Positions 29,737 to 39,875 of a DNA stretch of 64,000 nucleotides are shown in pieces. The stretch is from an archaeon (GTDB taxonomy: Archaea; Iainarchaeota; Iainarchaeia; Iainarchaeales; GCA-2688035). Position numbers and translations under genes: made by a program. Within the stretch, counting starts at the first letter, position 1, and each line of letters starts with the position of its first letter. The stretch lies in NCBI GenBank assembly GCA_035290965.1, contig DATDTD010000071.1, positions 48,155-112,154 of the forward strand, in the 5' to 3' direction. Below the pieces are notes generated by a model, which was not told the origin of the DNA, made no database searches, and saw only the letters and a program-made list of their open reading frames with translations.

Positions 29737-31200
29737 ATGGAAAAAGAGCTTGCTTTGGCGTTTGATGACATTCTTCTTCTGCCCGGAGCTTCGAGCGTGC
29801 TTCCGAAAGATGCCGAGCTTAAAACACGGCTTACAAAAAAAATCTCCTTGAATATTCCGCTCATTGCGGCCGCAATGGACACTGTAACCGAAAGCCGGAC
29901 AGCAATTGCAATTGCAAGGCAGGGCGGCATTGGAATAATCCACAGGAATCTTTCCATTGAAAAACAGGCAGAGGAAGTAAAAAAAGTAAAAAATTCCGAA
30001 TTCTGGATAATCCACGAGCCTGTTACGCTTCACGAGAATGATTCTCTTTCAAAAATTTTCGAACTGCGGAAAAACTTAGGCATTGGAAGCTTTCCAGTTG
30101 TTGATGAAAACAAAAAGCTCGTTGGAATTGTCACTCAGCGCGATTTATGGCTGGAGAAAAACCCGGAAAAAAAGGTTTCTGAAGTAATGCAGAAAGACCT
30201 TGTTACAATCGACAAATTCATTTCGACTGAAAAGGCAAAAGAAATACTTCATGCACACAGGATTGAAAAGCTTCCAATTGTTGACGCAAAAGGGCATTTG
30301 AAGGGATTGATTACTGCGGGAGATATTGAAAAAAATGAAAAATATCCCAATGCCTTGAAGGACAAAAACGGCAGGCTTCTTGCAGGAGCGGCAATAGGGC
30401 CTTCTCCGAAAGAAATCGAAAGGCTGGAAAAGCTCATTGAAGCAGAGGTTGATGCAGTCGTGCTCGACACTGCGCACGGGCACAGCAAAATGGTAATTGA
30501 TGCCGTAAAAAAAATCAAAAAAGAATTTTCAGTTGAATTGATTGCGGGAAATGTCGCAACCGGAAAGGCAACAGAGGATTTGATTGCAGCAGGCGCAGAT
30601 GCAGTAAAAATCGGAGTTGGGCCGGGAAGCATCTGCACAACAAGAATAATTTCGGGAGTAGGGGTTCCCCAGTTTTCCGCTGTTCTTGAATGCGCAAAGG
30701 CAGCCGAAAAATATGATTGCCCGGTAATTGCAGACGGCGGAATAAGATATTCTGGAGACATTGCAAAAGCACTTGCAGCAGGCGCAAGCAGCGTAATGAT
30801 CGGAAGCCTTTTCGCGGGCTGCGAAGAAACACCAGGGAGAGTAATTTTCCTTGCGGGAAGAAAATTCAAGCAGTACAGGGGAATGGGCTCTCTGGGAGCA
30901 ATGACTGCAAGGGCGGATGCAAATGTCTGCGACAGGTATTTTCAGGGAAAGGAAATGGGAGAAAGCAAGCTTGTTCCGGAAGGAGTTGAAGGGCTTGTTT
31001 CATACAGGGGAACAATTGCAGAAGTTGTTTTCCATTTGCTCGGGGGAGTAAAAAGCGGAATGGGAATGGTGGGCGCAAAAACAATTTCCAATCTGCAGAA
31101 AGAAACAAAATGGTGCAGGATAACAAATGCAGGGCTGAAGGAAAGCCATCCGCATGACATTACAATAACAGAAGAGTCACAGGCATTCGAATCCAAATAA
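29737..31200 (+). CDS. guaB: IMP dehydrogenase with CBS pair
   Basis: Catalytic loop IGVGPGSICTTR. CBS domains in the insert region. Confidence 0.93.
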   Translation: MEKELALAFDDILLLPGASSVLPKDAELKTRLTKKISLNIPLIAAAMDTVTESRTAIAIARQGGIGIIHRNLSIEKQAEEVKKVKNSEFWIIHEPVTLHENDSLSKIFELRKNLGIGSFPVVDENKKLVGIVTQRDLWLEKNPEKKVSEVMQKDLVTIDKFISTEKAKEILHAHRIEKLPIVDAKGHLKGLITAGDIEKNEKYPNALKDKNGRLLAGAAIGPSPKEIERLEKLIEAEVDAVVLDTAHGHSKMVIDAVKKIKKEFSVELIAGNVATGKATEDLIAAGADAVKIGVGPGSICTTRIISGVGVPQFSAVLECAKAAEKYDCPVIADGGIRYSGDIAKALAAGASSVMIGSLFAGCEETPGRVIFLAGRKFKQYRGMGSLGAMTARADANVCDRYFQGKEMGESKLVPEGVEGLVSYRGTIAEVVFHLLGGVKSGMGMVGAKTISNLQKETKWCRITNAGLKESHPHDITITEESQAFESK

Positions 31201-31224
31201 TGCAAAAAAAACAGGGTTTTTCCA

Positions 31225-32085
31225 ATGGCTGCAGAAATCCTTGACGGAAAAAAACTTTCGGAAAAAATCCTTGAAACAGCAAAAAAAGAAGCAGGGGAAT
31301 TAAAGCAAAAAGGAATTTCTCCCTGCCTCACAGTAATGCTTATAGGGGAACGCGAGGATTCAAAGCTGTATGTGGAAAAAAAGCAGGAAGCCTGCAAAAA
31401 AACAGGCATTGAATCAAAGGGAATTTTCCTTCCCGAAAATGTTTCCGAAAAAAAACTTCTTGAAGAAATAGAAAAATTAAATGCTGATTCTTCGGTGCAC
31501 GGCATCCTTGTACAGCTTCCTCTTCCAAGGCAGATTTCACAGGAAAAAATCCTGAACTCGGTTTCCCCCTCAAAGGATGTGGACGGATTTCACGCGCAGA
31601 ACATCGGAAGGCTTGCGCAGGGCATTGAGGATTTTGCAGGCTGCACTGCAAGCGGGATAATAAAACTGATTGAAAGCACGGGCACTGGAATAGAAGGCAA
31701 AAATGCCTGCATAATAAACGACACAATCGTAGTCGGAAAGCCTCTCGCCTTGATGCTCCTGAACAGGAACGCAACTGTGAGCATCTGCAACAAATTCACG
31801 AAAAACATTTCTGATTTCTCAAAAAAAGCAGACATTTTAGTAAGCGCAGTCGGCAAAAAAAACCTTGTTTCAAAGGAAATGATAAAGGAAGGCGCGATTG
31901 TAATTGACGCAGGGATTTGCGTTTCAGGCACTGAAGAAAAAAAGGTTTTTGGCGATGTTGATTTCACGGAAGCAAAAAAAATCGCTTCATGGATTACTCC
32001 CGTTCCGGGGGGAGTGGGGCCAATGACTGTTGCATGCCTGATGCAGAACACTATTATCGCGGCAAAAAAAATCTCGGGTGCCTGA
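31225..32085 (+). CDS. folD: bifunctional methylene-THF dehydrogenase / methenyl-THF cyclohydrolase
   Basis: 286 aa. Conserved GILVQLPLP and DVDGFH motifs. Confidence 0.9.
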   Translation: MAAEILDGKKLSEKILETAKKEAGELKQKGISPCLTVMLIGEREDSKLYVEKKQEACKKTGIESKGIFLPENVSEKKLLEEIEKLNADSSVHGILVQLPLPRQISQEKILNSVSPSKDVDGFHAQNIGRLAQGIEDFAGCTASGIIKLIESTGTGIEGKNACIINDTIVVGKPLALMLLNRNATVSICNKFTKNISDFSKKADILVSAVGKKNLVSKEMIKEGAIVIDAGICVSGTEEKKVFGDVDFTEAKKIASWITPVPGGVGPMTVACLMQNTIIAAKKISGA

Positions 32086-32697
32086 ATGCTGAAAATCGGG
32101 GTTCTTGCAAGCACAAAGGCAAGTGATTTGCAGGCAGTAATAGATGCTATTGAAGCAAAAAAAATAAATGCGCAGATTGTGTGCGTGATTTCAAACAAGG
32201 AAGACGCTTTCGCGCTCGAGAGGGCGCGCACGCACGGCATTGAAACTGTTTTTTTAGACCCGAAAAAAATTCCCAAAAAGGAAAAATTCGATTCCCTGCT
32301 TGTTGAAGAGCTTGAAAAAAGAAAAGCAGAACTTGTTCTTTTGATTGGTTACAACAAAATCCTTACAAAAATTTTTGTGGATGCGTTCAAAAACCGTGCA
32401 ATGAACATCCATCCCGCACTGCTCCCTTCCTTTAAAGGATGGGACAGGAATGTGCATCAGGAAGTCCTTGATTCCGGAGTGAAAATAACAGGCTGCACTC
32501 TGCATTTTATTTCAGAAGAGGCCGATGAGGGGCCGATAATAATGCAGGCGCCTGTAAATGTTTCTGAAACAGAAACAGTTGATTCTCTCAAGGAAAAAGT
32601 CCAGAAGGTTGAACAGGAAATAATAGTAAAGGCAGTTAAATTGTTTGCAGAAGGAAAAATAAAAGTGCAGGGGAAAAAGGTGCATCTGCTTGGATAA
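32086..32697 (+). CDS. purN: phosphoribosylglycinamide formyltransferase
   Basis: HPALLPSFKG formyl-transferase motif. 203 aa. Confidence 0.88.
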   Translation: MLKIGVLASTKASDLQAVIDAIEAKKINAQIVCVISNKEDAFALERARTHGIETVFLDPKKIPKKEKFDSLLVEELEKRKAELVLLIGYNKILTKIFVDAFKNRAMNIHPALLPSFKGWDRNVHQEVLDSGVKITGCTLHFISEEADEGPIIMQAPVNVSETETVDSLKEKVQKVEQEIIVKAVKLFAEGKIKVQGKKVHLLG

Positions 32698-34252
32698 TGT
32701 AAAAATCAAAACCGCGCTTTTGAGCGTGACAGACAAAACAGGGCTGGAAAAATTCGCAAAAAGCCTCAGCGCGCTCGGAATAAATCTGATTGCAACTGGC
32801 GGGACTTTCAAGGCTATTGAAAACGCAAAAATTTCAGTCAAAAAAATAGAGGACATTACTGGATTTCCTGAAATTCTTGAAGGGCGAGTAAAAACACTTC
32901 ATCCCGCAATTCATGCAGGGATACTCGCGGATAAAAACAAGAAAGAGCATCTCGAAACACTTGAAAAGCACAAAATAACTCCCATTGATTTGATAGTGAT
33001 AAACCTTTACCAGTTCAAAGAAACAATTGCAAAAAAGGATTTTTCCTTTGAAGATGCGGTTGAAAACATTGACATTGGCGGCCCTGCAATGATACGGGCT
33101 GCGGCAAAAAACCACGGAAGCGCGGCAATAGTAACCTCCCCCAAGCAATATGATGCGATTATTGAAGAGCTTGAAAAAAACAATTCGTGCATTTCCCTTG
33201 AAACAAGGAAAAAGCTCGCTGCAAAAGCATTCGAGGAAACAGCGGCGTATGATTCTGCAATAAGCCTTTTCCTTTCAAAAAAGTTTTTCGGAAAGGATTT
33301 TTTTCCTGAAAAAATTTCGCTTTCATTCGAAAAAATCCAGGAACTGAGATACGGGGAAAACTGGCACCAGAAAGCGGCTTTTTACAAAAGCCAGTTTCCT
33401 GAAAATGCCTGCATTGCAAATGCAAAACAGGTTCACGGAAAAGAGCTTTCATACAACAATATTTTAGATGCGAACACTGCAGTAGAAATCGCAAAGGAAT
33501 TCAAAGAGCCGAGCGCAGTAATAATAAAGCACACTAATCCATGCGGAGTGGCATCTGATTCTGAAATTTCAGAAGCATTCAGAAAGGCACTTGAATGCGA
33601 TTCAACAAGCGCATTCGGGGGAATAATCGCGCTGAACAGGGAATGCGATTTGGAAACAGCAAATCAGATTGCATCTTTTTTCAACGAAATAGTTATTGCT
33701 CCGGGCTTTGAAAAAGGCGCGCTTGAAATCCTGGAGAAAAAGGAAAACCTGCGCATTCTCGAACTGCAGGGAATAGAAAATTTTGAAAACTCTGATGCAA
33801 TTGATTTCAGGGCAGTAAAAGGCGGAGCTCTCCTGCAGACAACTGACAATCACACCTTGAAAGAAAGCGATTGCAAAATTGTTTCCGAAAGAAAGCCGAC
33901 TGAAAACGAAAATAAGGATCTGCTATTTGCATGGATAGTCGCAAAATATGCAAAGAGCAATGCAATTGTTCTTGCAAAAAACCTTGCAACAGTCGGAGTA
34001 GGGGCGGGACAGATGTCAAGGATTGATTCAACAGAAATAGCAGTGAAAAAATCAATGGGAAAGCACAAGGGAAGCGTGCTTGCTTCCGATGCATTTTTTC
34101 CTTTCAGGGACAATGTAGACCTTGCCGCAGAAGCGGGGATAACTGCAATAATACAGCCCGGAGGCTCGGTAAAGGATAAGGAAGTAATAGAAGCCGCTGA
34201 TGCGCACAAAATAGCAATGATTTTTACTGGAACGCGGCACTTCAAGCATTGA
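32690..34252 (+). CDS. purH: bifunctional AICAR transformylase / IMP cyclohydrolase
   Basis: N-terminal MGS-like IMPCH domain plus AICARFT domain. 520 aa. Confidence 0.9.
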   Translation: MDNVKIKTALLSVTDKTGLEKFAKSLSALGINLIATGGTFKAIENAKISVKKIEDITGFPEILEGRVKTLHPAIHAGILADKNKKEHLETLEKHKITPIDLIVINLYQFKETIAKKDFSFEDAVENIDIGGPAMIRAAAKNHGSAAIVTSPKQYDAIIEELEKNNSCISLETRKKLAAKAFEETAAYDSAISLFLSKKFFGKDFFPEKISLSFEKIQELRYGENWHQKAAFYKSQFPENACIANAKQVHGKELSYNNILDANTAVEIAKEFKEPSAVIIKHTNPCGVASDSEISEAFRKALECDSTSAFGGIIALNRECDLETANQIASFFNEIVIAPGFEKGALEILEKKENLRILELQGIENFENSDAIDFRAVKGGALLQTTDNHTLKESDCKIVSERKPTENENKDLLFAWIVAKYAKSNAIVLAKNLATVGVGAGQMSRIDSTEIAVKKSMGKHKGSVLASDAFFPFRDNVDLAAEAGITAIIQPGGSVKDKEVIEAADAHKIAMIFTGTRHFKH

Positions 34253-34261
34253 ATAACTGCT

Positions 34262-35527
34262 TCACATCATTATTGTTTTCTGCCTTTCGGCGCCTATTGA
34301 AACAATTGAAATTTTTGTTTTCAGTTCCTTCTCAATGAATTTTATGTATTTTTTCGCGTTTGTGTCAAGCTCTTCAAAGCTTTTTTCGTTTCCGCTGATT
34401 TCAAATCCCCTGAATTCTTTGAAGACAGGAGTGCATTCGGAAATTTTTTCCACATCAGCGGGAACTTCACTTGTTTTTTTTCCTTCAAGAATATAATCAG
34501 TGCAGACATTCAGTTTTTCTATTCCGCTAAGCACATCGGCTTTTGTAAGCGCGATTTCATCCGTACCATTAAGCCTGTTCGCAGTCCGCAATAAAACCAA
34601 ATCCAGCCAGCCCACTCTTCTCGGCCTTCCCGTTGTTGTCCCGAATTCGTTTCCCTGCTTTCTTATTTTGTCGCCCAGCTCGTTTTTGAGTTCAGTCACA
34701 AAAGGGCCTTCTCCCACTCTTGTAGTATAGGCTTTTGCAACTCCGATTACCTTGTCGATTGTGTTTGCTCCCAGGCCGATTCCGACAAGCGCGCCTCCCG
34801 CAGTCGGATGTGAGCTTGTGACAAAAGGATACGTCCCGAAACTGTTATCGAGAAAAGTTCCCTGGGCGCCCTCAAGCAAAACCTCTTTTTTCGCGGTTAT
34901 GGAATTGCTTATTTCAAGGGAAACATCGCCGTAAAACTTGCTTAAGATTTTTCCGAACTCAGAATATTCCGCAAAAATTTTTTCCTCTGAAAAATCGGCT
35001 TCGAGATTCATTTCAAATACTTTTTCAAGGATTTTCTTGTTTAAAGCAAAACAGGATTTTATTTTTTGGGAAAGCCTTTTTTCATCGACCAGATCCGCAA
35101 ATCTTATTCCGGTTCTTGCCGCACTGTCAGAATAGCACGGGCCAATTCCCCTCCCTGTTGTCCCGATTTTGCAGTTCCCCTTGTTTTTTTCGCTCGCGCA
35201 GTCAAGCAGGCCGTGCCATGGCATTATTATCTGGGCGCGCGGATCAATAAGCAGGTCGATTTCATTTTTTCCGAATTCCTCTATTTCCTTTATCAGCACG
35301 CGCGGGTCAATGACTGTTCCTGCGCCTATGCAACATTTTTTTCCGTGAACCAGCCCGCTCGGAAGCAGGTGAAATTTGTATTCCCTGTCTCCCGCAACAA
35401 CAGTGTGCCCCGCGTTGTTGCCTCCGTTGTAACGCGCGACAACATCAGCCTTTTCAGAAAAAAAATCAGTTATTTTGCCCTTTCCCTCATCGCCGAACTG
35501 CAGACCCACAATAACAGTTGTTGCCAA
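34262..35527 (-). CDS. purA: adenylosuccinate synthetase
   Basis: P-loop QFGDEGKGK. GHTV motif. Confidence 0.93.
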   Translation of the reverse strand: MATTVIVGLQFGDEGKGKITDFFSEKADVVARYNGGNNAGHTVVAGDREYKFHLLPSGLVHGKKCCIGAGTVIDPRVLIKEIEEFGKNEIDLLIDPRAQIIMPWHGLLDCASEKNKGNCKIGTTGRGIGPCYSDSAARTGIRFADLVDEKRLSQKIKSCFALNKKILEKVFEMNLEADFSEEKIFAEYSEFGKILSKFYGDVSLEISNSITAKKEVLLEGAQGTFLDNSFGTYPFVTSSHPTAGGALVGIGLGANTIDKVIGVAKAYTTRVGEGPFVTELKNELGDKIRKQGNEFGTTTGRPRRVGWLDLVLLRTANRLNGTDEIALTKADVLSGIEKLNVCTDYILEGKKTSEVPADVEKISECTPVFKEFRGFEISGNEKSFEELDTNAKKYIKFIEKELKTKISIVSIGAERQKTIMM

Positions 35528-35704
35528 AAAATCCCTACTAACACAGACAGGAAAGAATTTAAAAACCTAATTTGATTTTCACGCCAAGGCAAAAGCAAAA
35601 AGCGTGCAAAGAAGGCAATTGTATATACAAATGCTGTTTTTTGGCGCTTTATTTCCAAAATGCCTGCGGAAAGGCTTTTATACATCAAATGTATATATGT
35701 TTGC

Positions 35705-35950
35705 ATGGCGAACAGGCTTATTACTCTGCGATTGGGGAACAAGCTCCTGAAGGAAATAGACACAAGGCTTGAGAACTCTTCTTTTGAAAACCGCACTGAA
35801 TTCATCAGGCATGCAGTGCGCTCGCTGCTCAAGGAAATGGACAGCAGCTCTCTTGAAGAAACTGAAGAAAGAGCTGTTGAAAAAACAGCAAAAGGAAAAA
35901 AGAGCGGCTTTGCTGAAGAAATCATTGAAGAGCTGCGCTATGTGCGCTAG
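35705..35950 (+). CDS. small ribbon-helix-helix (CopG/NikR-like) DNA-binding protein
   Basis: MANRLITLRLGNKLLKEIDTRLE… is a typical RHH beta-strand plus two helices. Start taken at the internal Met of the longer ORF. Confidence 0.45.
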   Translation: MANRLITLRLGNKLLKEIDTRLENSSFENRTEFIRHAVRSLLKEMDSSSLEETEERAVEKTAKGKKSGFAEEIIEELRYVR

Positions 35951-37236
35951 CGCTTCAAAGCCTTTTTTCCTATGTCCTTGCGGAAGTGCATTTTTTCAAA
36001 AGATATTTTTGAAACAGCCGAATAAGCATTTTGAATGGATTCCTCAATTGTTTTTCCAAGAGCGCTTACTCCAAGAACCCTTCCGCCGTTTGTAAGGATT
36101 TTTCCGTTCTCTGTTTTTGTGCCCGCATGGAAAACAATTGCGCTGCCTGTTTTCTGCAAGCCGAAGATTTCCTTATTTTTTTCATAATGCCCGGGATAGC
36201 CCCCCGAGGCGAGAACAACGCATGTGCAGGGATTTTCGCCCCAGAAAATTTTTTTTTCCGCGAGCTTTCCTTCTATGCATGCAAGCATTATTTCCACAAT
36301 GTCTGATTCCATTCTTGGAAGAATTGCCTGTGTTTCAGGGTCTCCGAAGCGCGCATTGAACTCAATGACTTTTGCCTCTCCGCCTTTTATCATTAAGCCG
36401 GCATACAAAACCCCTTTGTAAGGAGTGCCTTCCGAGCGCATTGCATTGATTGTTTTCTGCATTATTCCCTGCAGAATTTTTTTTTCAACGGCTTTTGAAA
36501 CAACAGGCGCAGGGGAATAAGCGCCCATTCCGCCCGTATTCGGGCCTTTGTCATCGTCAAAAACCTGCTTGTGGTCCTGGCTTGAAACAAGCGGCAGAAT
36601 GTTTTTTCCGTCCGAGAATGCAAAATAGCTTGCCTCTTCCCCTTCGAGAAATTCCTCTAGAAGAATTTTTTCTCCCGCGCTGCCGAATGCCTTTTCAACC
36701 ATTATTTTTTTCACTGCATTCTCAGCCTCTGAAACAGAATTGCAGATAATGACTCCTTTTCCGAGCGCAAGGCCGTCTGCCTTCACTACAATCGGAGCGC
36801 CTTTTTTTTTCACAAAAGCAACCGCTTCTTCGGGAGAAGAAAACTCCTGCGCAAATGCAGTCGGAATATTGTATTTCTGCATGAGTTTTTTTGCAAAAAT
36901 CTTGCTGCTCTCAATCATTGCGGCTTTTTTGCCTGGCCCGAAAATTTTCATTCCCTTTGCTTCAAACTCGTCAACTATTCCCAAAGCGAGGGAATTGTCG
37001 GGGCCTACAACAGTCAGGCTGATTTTTTCCTTCCGGACAAAATCCAAGAGCGCTTTAATATCTTCCGCATTTATCGGAATGTTTTCCGCAATCTGCGATG
37101 TTCCTGCATTTCCAGGGGCACAGAAAAGCTTTTCACATTGCGCGCTCTGCCTTATTTTCCATGCAAGCGCATGCTCGCGCCCTCCGCTCCCGATGAGAAG
37201 GATTTTCATTTCAGGCACCTTAACTTTTTTAATCAC
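35947..37236 (-). CDS. purD: phosphoribosylamine-glycine ligase
   Basis: ATP-grasp GARS domains. 429 aa. Confidence 0.92.
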   Translation of the reverse strand: MIKKVKVPEMKILLIGSGGREHALAWKIRQSAQCEKLFCAPGNAGTSQIAENIPINAEDIKALLDFVRKEKISLTVVGPDNSLALGIVDEFEAKGMKIFGPGKKAAMIESSKIFAKKLMQKYNIPTAFAQEFSSPEEAVAFVKKKGAPIVVKADGLALGKGVIICNSVSEAENAVKKIMVEKAFGSAGEKILLEEFLEGEEASYFAFSDGKNILPLVSSQDHKQVFDDDKGPNTGGMGAYSPAPVVSKAVEKKILQGIMQKTINAMRSEGTPYKGVLYAGLMIKGGEAKVIEFNARFGDPETQAILPRMESDIVEIMLACIEGKLAEKKIFWGENPCTCVVLASGGYPGHYEKNKEIFGLQKTGSAIVFHAGTKTENGKILTNGGRVLGVSALGKTIEESIQNAYSAVSKISFEKMHFRKDIGKKALKR

Positions 37237-38029
37237 GAATTTTAGTCAGTTTTATCAATCCATTTTCTTCCCATTTATCAATTTTAAAACCGAGTTTTTC
37301 AATATCCCTTTTTGAAATATCATTAGACAAATAAACAATATGATAGCTTTTCCCGCCTTTTCTTGTCATTGCAGCGGCATTCGCAAGCGCTTTCAAGGCA
37401 TCCTCTTTTTCCAGAACCTGCGGATCTAAAAATCCAATCGAATAAGTCACGTCGAATTTTCCAATTTTTCTTATTTCAGGATTTGTAGCATCAGCACCGT
37501 GAATTACGCCAAGCCTTTTATCTTTTGTCATTTCTTTGGAAAAATACCCTATGTCAATACCCCTTGTTTTTGCACGCATAAAATTCCTTAAAAAAAACAA
37601 AGTCGGCGCAAAGCCAACGCCGAAGCCGAACACTTTCAGGCCCCTTGTTCTGCCGAAATCAGTAATAATTTCTTCAGTAATCTCAAAATTTGTTACGACA
37701 TGCCCGACAACACTCCCAAGAGCATCCCTATGTGTTAACTTAATCATCCTCTCAATTCCCTCCAACTCTTCAATAGTTTTTGCTGTTCCTAATAAGGACA
37801 GCAGCATTCGCAGGTGCCTCTCGCTTTTTCTGTCCAATCGTTCAGCTTGCGCAGAAATTTTCCTGCCATATGCTTCCATTAACTGTTCATATCTTTCAAA
37901 AGTCAGCGGCAGTTTTCTTCCGGGCTTAACAACTGCCTTTGGCCTGCCTTTCCTCAGTCTGTATTCACCCCATGCCTTTACATGCCCTGCCTGCGGGTTT
38001 CTTCTCAAATTTGCGGGAATTTTTGCCAT
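37229..38029 (-). CDS. putative class I SAM-dependent methyltransferase with ~110-aa N-terminal extension
   Basis: Motif I-like VFGFGVGFA. Acidic residue after beta2 (GIDIG). Motif III-like FDVTYS. Confidence 0.4.
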   Translation of the reverse strand: MAKIPANLRRNPQAGHVKAWGEYRLRKGRPKAVVKPGRKLPLTFERYEQLMEAYGRKISAQAERLDRKSERHLRMLLSLLGTAKTIEELEGIERMIKLTHRDALGSVVGHVVTNFEITEEIITDFGRTRGLKVFGFGVGFAPTLFFLRNFMRAKTRGIDIGYFSKEMTKDKRLGVIHGADATNPEIRKIGKFDVTYSIGFLDPQVLEKEDALKALANAAAMTRKGGKSYHIVYLSNDISKRDIEKLGFKIDKWEENGLIKLTKIRD

Positions 38030-38032
38030 AAG

Positions 38033-38590
38033 TCAAGCACCGATTATTCTTTCCTCTGTGATTATTTTGTCCATTTTCTCGTCATGGCTGCTGCCCTGAA
38101 TGCTTTCCTCAATGTTGCATTCAAAGGCAAGCCCGATTTTTTTCGCGCCCTTTCTTGTTCCGCGAAGAAACCTGTCGAAAAAGCCTTTTCCATAACCAAG
38201 GCGGGCTCTCTGCAAATCAAATGCGACTCCGGGCACAATAATAAGGTCAAGCTCCTGTGCAGGAATCTCTTTTCCCGATTCAGGCTCTAACAGGCCAAAT
38301 TTTTTTTCCTCAAGCGCTGCAAGAGAGGTTATCTTTACTGCGCGCATTGAATTTTTTTCAAAATCAGAAAGCGGCACAGCAACAATTTTTCCGAGCGAAA
38401 GCGCCTCTTGAATCATTTCCCTTGTGGAAACCTCGCTCTTAAAAGAAACATAAAAAAGGATTTTTTTTGCCTGCAAAAATTCGGGAAGGAAAAAAAGCAT
38501 TTGCTTTATTGCAAGGCTTTTTTCGAGAATTTGTTTTTCTGAAAGAGAATTTCTTTTCTCAAGATTCTGCAGTCTCAAAAGCTCTTTCAT
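38033..38590 (-). CDS. 5-formyltetrahydrofolate cyclo-ligase (MTHFS)
   Basis: N-terminal K-x-x-LR helix, …AVPL…, and GYGKGFFDRFL (GYGxGYYDR-type) motif. Start at internal Met, giving a typical ~186 aa. Confidence 0.75.
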   Translation of the reverse strand: MKELLRLQNLEKRNSLSEKQILEKSLAIKQMLFFLPEFLQAKKILFYVSFKSEVSTREMIQEALSLGKIVAVPLSDFEKNSMRAVKITSLAALEEKKFGLLEPESGKEIPAQELDLIIVPGVAFDLQRARLGYGKGFFDRFLRGTRKGAKKIGLAFECNIEESIQGSSHDEKMDKIITEERIIGA

Positions 38591-38597
38591 AAAAATC

Positions 38598-38963
38598 TCA
38601 TTTGAAATCAAAAACCAACTGGTCGGGATGCCCCTTTTGGATTTCACGCAGTTTTTCAAAAATTGCCCTTGCCTGTTCAGGATTCCTTGAACCCGACTCT
38701 TTCAGAAATTTTCTGCATTCGGACAAAAAAGCCCTGTTCTCCTTGTGCCACTTTGGATTTTTTTTTGAATATTCAAAAATAGAAAGAACAGCCTTCACTG
38801 CATTGGCAGTAAATTTCGATTGCCGCCTGCGCGGCTTTTGGGCGCGCGAAGAAAGGCTCCACTTCCTATCTCTGGGCTTTCTCGGGGGCTTTGGGATTCC
38901 GGCCATAGAATAAAGGAACAAGAGAAGTTTTGAAAAAGCCTTTCTTTTGTGCAGGAGAATCAC
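38598..38963 (-). CDS. hypothetical basic protein (121 aa)
   Basis: ORF only. Sits between a nucleotidyltransferase gene and the MTHFS gene on the same strand. Confidence 0.3.
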   Translation of the reverse strand: MILLHKRKAFSKLLLFLYSMAGIPKPPRKPRDRKWSLSSRAQKPRRRQSKFTANAVKAVLSIFEYSKKNPKWHKENRAFLSECRKFLKESGSRNPEQARAIFEKLREIQKGHPDQLVFDFK

Positions 38964-39772
38964 AGCAACGCGGCGGCAGCCTCGAAATCCTTTTTTGTGT
39001 TTATATTGAAATACTTTCCCTGAAAAGGATAGCCGAACAAAAGCCCTTTTTCCGCAAGCTTTGGGAACAGGTCTTTTTCAATGCTCTGCATTCCCTTTGA
39101 CAAAAACTTGAAAATTTCCGGCTCAAAGAGAAAATAGCCTGCGTTAATCAAATAAGAATGCGCTGCGCTCTTTGGCTTTTCCGAAAACTCAGTAATCTTG
39201 TTGCCCTGCAAAACAGCCACTCCAAAATCCTTTGGGTTGCTTACGGTTGTAAGAGCCATTGTTGCAAGCGCATTGTTTTTCCTGTGAAAAGAAAGCATGT
39301 CATTGATGTTTATAGAGGCAATCGTATCGGCATACGCAACAAGAAAAGTGTCTTTCAAAGAGGACTTTGCCATTAACAAAGGCTTTATTGTCCCTGTGGG
39401 CTTTTCAGCGCTGAGGAAATCAACCGAGAAAGGGAGTTTGCGCGGCTGCATTTCAAGCATTATTTCCCTTGCAAAGGAATCAGCATAAACAATGAAATTG
39501 TTGACATTATAGCCGTGGATTTCCTCCATTGCAAGCTGGATTACTGGCTTGCCCTTTATTTTCAGCAAAAACTTCGGCATATTGTTCAGGAGAAGAGAGC
39601 TTTTTTTTCCGCCGGCAAGCATGAGCGCAGTCTGCAGCCTGTAATCGGAAAGAAACTTGCTCAGAAGGAATTCGAAAGCCTGGCTCCTGCTCCTGATTGT
39701 GAGCCCGTCGACAAGCCTGTCGACCTGGGAAAGCAAATCCTCTTTCACTGTTATTGTGACGCGCTCCCTCAC
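38960..39772 (-). CDS. sugar-1-phosphate nucleotidyltransferase fused to an N-terminal ribbon-helix-helix domain
   Basis: N-terminal VTITVKEDLLSQVDRLV…RSQAFEFLL (RHH). Then the NTP-transferase G-loop ALMLAGGKKS and a Rossmann-like fold. Confidence 0.6.
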   Translation of the reverse strand: MRERVTITVKEDLLSQVDRLVDGLTIRSRSQAFEFLLSKFLSDYRLQTALMLAGGKKSSLLLNNMPKFLLKIKGKPVIQLAMEEIHGYNVNNFIVYADSFAREIMLEMQPRKLPFSVDFLSAEKPTGTIKPLLMAKSSLKDTFLVAYADTIASININDMLSFHRKNNALATMALTTVSNPKDFGVAVLQGNKITEFSEKPKSAAHSYLINAGYFLFEPEIFKFLSKGMQSIEKDLFPKLAEKGLLFGYPFQGKYFNINTKKDFEAAAALL

Positions 39773-39875
39773 AAAAACACTCCTTTTGGTACATCAATAA
39801 AAAAGTTCATACATTATCATACTATGTATGATGCAGTCACAAATTTAAAAACCTTTTGCAAATCCCTTCTTTCAG

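Noticed and set aside
30249-31505. Minus-strand ORFs of 105-206 aa inside guaB/folD
   Set aside because: Antisense shadows of well-supported genes.
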